DNA of 64,000 nucleotides from positions 1-64,000 of the forward strand of contig CAWBHS010000076.1 of assembly GCA_963788655.1 (NCBI GenBank). Direction: 5' to 3'. Made by a program: the position numbers and the translations under genes. This stretch comes from an uncultured Verrucomicrobiae bacterium (GTDB taxonomy: Bacteria > Verrucomicrobiota > Verrucomicrobiia > Limisphaerales > JAFGQR01). Of the stretch, positions 60,268 to 64,000 are shown piece by piece (the first letter of the stretch is position 1; every line of letters begins with the position of its first letter). The notes beneath the pieces were generated by a model, which saw only the letters and a program-made list of their open reading frames with translations, was not told the DNA's origin and ran no database searches.

Positions 60268-61867
60268 ATGAAATCATCATTGTCCCTTTGCCTGCTGGCC
60301 GTCGCCTTGGGATGGAGCGCGTTCCCCAGTCGGGCTCAAAACGATTCCTCGCCGTCGCGTGCAAAGTCTGATTTGTGGGTGCTCGCGCAACGCTACCAGC
60401 CGACGCACCGGTATTCCACGCTGTTCACCGCCCAAAATGTGCGGGACCTGCTGGCGAACGAAGCGGGTATCGCCAAGGCCATCGACTGGTGCCAAAAGAC
60501 CGCCGTCACACACGTGTATCTCGAAGAGTTTCGGGATGGTTACCAGGCGGACAAGGAGACGTTGTTGCGGGCCAAGGAACGTTTTCAAAAGGCGGGCATC
60601 GACACCTCCGGCTGCATCACCACCACGCGGGTCGGCAAATCCTCGACGGGTTGGAAAAACACCATCTCCTGCTACACCGACCCAGCGACCCAACTCAAAC
60701 TCAAGGCGATCTTCGAATACGCCGCCGGCTTGTTCGACGAGATCATGATCGACGACTTCTGGTTTACCGACTGCACGTGCCCCGCGTGTGACGCCGCCCG
60801 TCGGGCCAGGAAGGTTACCATTGGCGACCACATCTATTCGGTGGTCGGCGACACCTGGGAGGACTACCGCTGCGAACTGATGGTGCGCCTGTCCCGCGAT
60901 TACTTGCTGGCCGCCGCCCAACGCGTCAATCCGCGCGTGAAGTTGATCATCAAATACCCGCAATGGTATGACCGCTTTCACGAACGCGGTTACGAAGTCG
61001 TGCGCGAAACTGCCGACTTCGACAAGATTTGGGTGGGCACCGAAACGCGCGATTACAACGATCCGCGCTGGGGCGGTACGGTGCAATACGAGGCCTATTT
61101 CATCATGCGTTGGCTTGGCGGATTGGGAGGCACCAAATGCGGCGGCGGATGGTTCGATCCTGTACGGCACCACGGAACAGACCTACGTCGAGCAAGCCCG
61201 GCAAACCATTCTGGGCGGCGCGCGCGAATCGCTGTTGTTTTGCTACGGCAGTCTGCAGACTCAAACCGGACCAAAAAACGTCGCGGCATTGCGCCAACAA
61301 ATTCCCGAACTCTTTCAGATCGCTGAGCAAGTCAAGCGGCGCGAAATCGTCGGCATTGCGGCCTGCAAACCGCCGAACAGCCATCCAGGGAAAGAAGCCC
61401 GCGTCTTTGATTTCGTCGGCATGTTGGGCCTTCCCCTGGTGCCCTGTCATGAATTTCCCGCGTCCGCACCGGCGGCCTTCTTCTCGATCCACATCGTGAA
61501 AACTCCAGGCTGGCAGGACAAGCTGTCCGCGTTCATTCAGTCGGGCAAACCCGTGCTGCTAACCGATGGATTGGTGGCGGCGTTGGCGGGTCGAATACCG
61601 CTGAACGCACCCAATGTTCACGTGCTGAAGGTCAACGGGGATCCCCAATCGTTGTTGCAGCTTTCCCAGGCCAAACTCGATGAACTCCGGGCGTCCATGT
61701 TGCAGCCCTTCAAGACTACGTTTCGCGCACCCAACCGCGTGGCGCCTTACTTGTTCAAAGACGGCAGTTGGGTGGTCGAGAACTTCAACGACCAACCGGT
61801 GCAGGTCGAACTCGCGGGCAAAACCTTCAGTGTGGACGGGCGCGGTTGGAAATACGATTGGCGCTAA
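60268..61867 (+). CDS. Secreted hypothetical protein, possibly glycoside-hydrolase-like TIM barrel; frameshift near 61160
   Basis: Signal peptide; FDEIMIDDFWFTDCTC, IIKYPQWYD, WVGTETRD, GGGWFDP then YGTTEQTYVEQARQT in the second frame. Confidence 0.65.
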
Positions 61868-61876
61868 CGCCGCTAA

Positions 61877-62008
61877 GAGCCTGTTTGAAAAATGGTAGCG
61901 GCCGACGTAAGGAGGCTCATGCTTGTCGAATGCAGCACGGTTTTCCGAAATAGATTGAGCCTCCTCACGTCGGCTGCTACAGATCGGATGGAGTTTTAAA
62001 ACAGGCTC
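61877..62008. mobile_element. 132-bp MITE-like element carrying a family A REP doublet (copy 2), flanked by TAA direct repeats
   Basis: taa|gagcctgtttgaaaaat-gtagcggccgacgtaaggaggctca...tgagcctcctcacgtcggctgctac...gttttaaaacaggctc|taa. Confidence 0.85.
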
Positions 62009-62979
62009 TAACCAATCCGTTCCGTCATAATGCGGGGCAGAATCGCTTCGAGGCGGTCCTGCTCCAGACGCGCGGGGAGCAACTGACTCAGGTTGTCCGC
62101 GGCGGCCGCCATGCCCCAACGAATGGCGTCCAGCGGTGCCGCTTCACGTTGCAGCGCCCAGGCGATGCCCGCCGCCATGCAATCACCGCAGCCGATGGGA
62201 TTCACCACCAATTTTACCGGCGGCGGCATCGAACGGTAGGTTTCCGTCCCATGGGTCGCCAGCACCGCCTGCTTACCCTGAGTGATGACCACCCATTCCG
62301 CGCCCCGCCGGTTCAGTTCGCGCATGGCTTCCAGCACGGCTGTGTCCTCATTCGAGGCGATGCCAAGCGTGCGCCGCAGTTCTTCGCGGTTCGGCTTTAC
62401 CAGGAACGGCTTGGTTGGAAGCGCCGCCAGCAACTCTTCACCCCGGACATCCAGAATCACCTGGGCCGGGCACTCCTGGATCAAATCGCGGTAGAACGTT
62501 GCCGGGGTTCCGGCCGGAAGCGAACCACTCAGCACGACGATCTTCGTCCCGGTTGCTTCGCGCGCGAAAGCGGACAGGAACAAATCGAGTTCTTCGCGCG
62601 TGGCCGGCGCCGAATTCTCAACCAGTTCGGTGGTCGTGTGCGCGGTGGCATCCAGAATGGTGGTGCAGACCCGGGTGGGTGTGGGCGAATCAAGGAGGCT
62701 TGCGTTCAGGGCCAGATGCTCGAATTCTTCTTTGATGGCCGCGCCGCTCTTGCCGCCCACCAGGGAAAGTGTTTTGGCGCTGGCGCCGAGAAAGTGCAAG
62801 GCCAGCCCCACGTTCAGCACTTTGCCCGAAGCGCACCAGCGGACTTCGCGGGCGCGGTTGACTTCGCCCACCTGCAATTCGTCCAACATCACGATTTGTT
62901 GCCACGCGGGCGTCAAACCGGCCGCCAGGATGGTGGGAGCCGGTCGGTCAGTTCGGTGATCAGACGCAGTCGCTTTCAT
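62008..62979 (-). CDS. PfkB-family sugar-phosphate kinase (1-phosphofructokinase-like)
   Basis: ASGKVLNV, LSGSLPAG, VKPNREEL, NPIGCGDCMAAG. Confidence 0.9.
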   Translation of the reverse strand: MKATASDHRTDRPAPTILAAGLTPAWQQIVMLDELQVGEVNRAREVRWCASGKVLNVGLALHFLGASAKTLSLVGGKSGAAIKEEFEHLALNASLLDSPTPTRVCTTILDATAHTTTELVENSAPATREELDLFLSAFAREATGTKIVVLSGSLPAGTPATFYRDLIQECPAQVILDVRGEELLAALPTKPFLVKPNREELRRTLGIASNEDTAVLEAMRELNRRGAEWVVITQGKQAVLATHGTETYRSMPPPVKLVVNPIGCGDCMAAGIAWALQREAAPLDAIRWGMAAAADNLSQLLPARLEQDRLEAILPRIMTERIG

Positions 62980-63054
62980 GGGCCGCATTAGAACGCAACT
63001 GGGGTGGCATTCCAAATGCGAAAACTGTCGTGGTTTGGAGTCATCGCGTGTCCA

Positions 63055-64000
63055 CTACGAGGAAATCGGGCGCACTTCCAGACGCGTCGTGTCATTCGTA
63101 ACCGCCTCGGTTTTTATGTCCACCGCCAGGAACAGCTTGATGACTTCGAGGTTGGTCGCGGTATGCGACGACAATGGCCCGGTGACAAATGAACCGCCCC
63201 TGGCCAGGGCCATCGGCAGCAACAATTGGTCGGCCAGATATTCATCCACCGGGGCGCCGGTGTCCAAATAGCGCCGAACCTCTTTAGCCAGCCGGCTGGC
63301 GACGATTTCCGCCTTCACGCCCAATTCCCCGAAGCCGGTGAACACTTCGGTCAGATGCTGGCATTCCACTTCCACGAACACGGCGTTGCCCGGTCCGGAG
63401 GATTTGACCTTTTCGATACGCAGACAATCGCCGTCAAGGTCCAGTTCGCGTTTTAGAATCTTCAATTCCCGTTCGGCGACGTGCGCAGGCAAGTTGGCCA
63501 GTACCGCCGTGGCGCGAAGCTTCAGGAGATCGCCGCGTTCCGGCAAATCCAGCCGCGCCAATTGGGGAACCGGTTCAATGGTCACCCGCATTTTGCCACC
63601 CCCGGCGGGGTAAAAACCGTGCCGGTCCAGTTTGGCCCGGACTTGCGGTCCCATTCGCCGGAGCAATGGCAAAAACGTCCGCGCCAAAAACTCGAAGGGC
63701 GGTGCCAATGGATTATGGGTGCCGCCGGTCAACACCAAGGCGGAGGGCTGGGCGGCGGTGATCAGCGCCGGCAGAACGGTTTGCAATACGAGGGCGGCGC
63801 TCCCGGCGGTGCTTACGGCAAATGCATGTTCCCCAGCCACCACGGCCGCCGGACGAAATTCAAGTTGCTGCGATCCCAAACTGGCCCCTTCCACCTGGGC
63901 CTGGCCCACCGCGGCCGCCGCCTGGACGGCCGTTAAATGCTGGGCCCGCAGACCGGGATGGTTGCGGTGAGCGCGAATGTTGCTGATGCGAAACGCCCGA
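63055..64000 (-). CDS. rtcA: RNA 3'-terminal phosphate cyclase (5' end outside window)
   Basis: NIRAHRNHPGLRAQHLTAV, TAGSAALVLQ, GGTHNPLAPP, GFYPAGGG, VDEYLADQLLLP, SSHTATN. Confidence 0.95.
   Translation of the reverse strand, partial: RAFRISNIRAHRNHPGLRAQHLTAVQAAAAVGQAQVEGASLGSQQLEFRPAAVVAGEHAFAVSTAGSAALVLQTVLPALITAAQPSALVLTGGTHNPLAPPFEFLARTFLPLLRRMGPQVRAKLDRHGFYPAGGGKMRVTIEPVPQLARLDLPERGDLLKLRATAVLANLPAHVAERELKILKRELDLDGDCLRIEKVKSSGPGNAVFVEVECQHLTEVFTGFGELGVKAEIVASRLAKEVRRYLDTGAPVDEYLADQLLLPMALARGGSFVTGPLSSHTATNLEVIKLFLAVDIKTEAVTNDTTRLEVRPISS

Noticed and set aside
59495..64000. Toxin-antitoxin pair plus rtcA as a linked RNA damage-and-repair module
   Set aside because: They are separated by unrelated genes on both strands and rtcB is not in the window, so there is no evidence of linkage.

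Overview
GC-rich bacterial chromosome segment, most likely Verrucomicrobiota subdivision 3 (Pedosphaera/Limisphaera-like). This is inferred from a VPDSG-CTERM protein, an H-X9-DG prepilin-like protein, a PVC-type CxxCH haem protein and verrucomicrobial-style palindromic repeats. About 40 genes are present. Housekeeping and metabolic genes: cysE (partial), xylonate dehydratase, pstS, two-subunit PFOR, tandem-type thyX, adk, pfkB, rtcA (partial), ClC, Ca/Na antiporter and an OPT transporter. There are also carbohydrate-active secreted proteins, a RelE/ParE toxin-antitoxin pair and a co-oriented minus-strand exoprotein cluster (36.7-50.2 kb). At least eight genes are split by 1-nt indels, some clearly in homopolymers, which points to long-read error rather than pseudogenisation. 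Most interesting signals: (1) three exoproteins share a C-terminal [RK]F[YW][RS][LV] tail around a prepilin-like gene, a candidate lineage-specific secretion/sorting system; (2) a rich ecosystem of about 8 REP-like palindrome families, including elements sitting in frame in cleavable leader peptides, a 132-bp REP-carrying MITE with IS5/IS1031-like ends, a nested REP doublet and a decayed RAYT transposase; (3) GGATGCY heptamer arrays placed directly 3' of genes; (4) a stand-alone DUF772 protein. No rRNA, tRNA or CRISPR array was seen. All family assignments come from motif recognition by eye; no searches were run.
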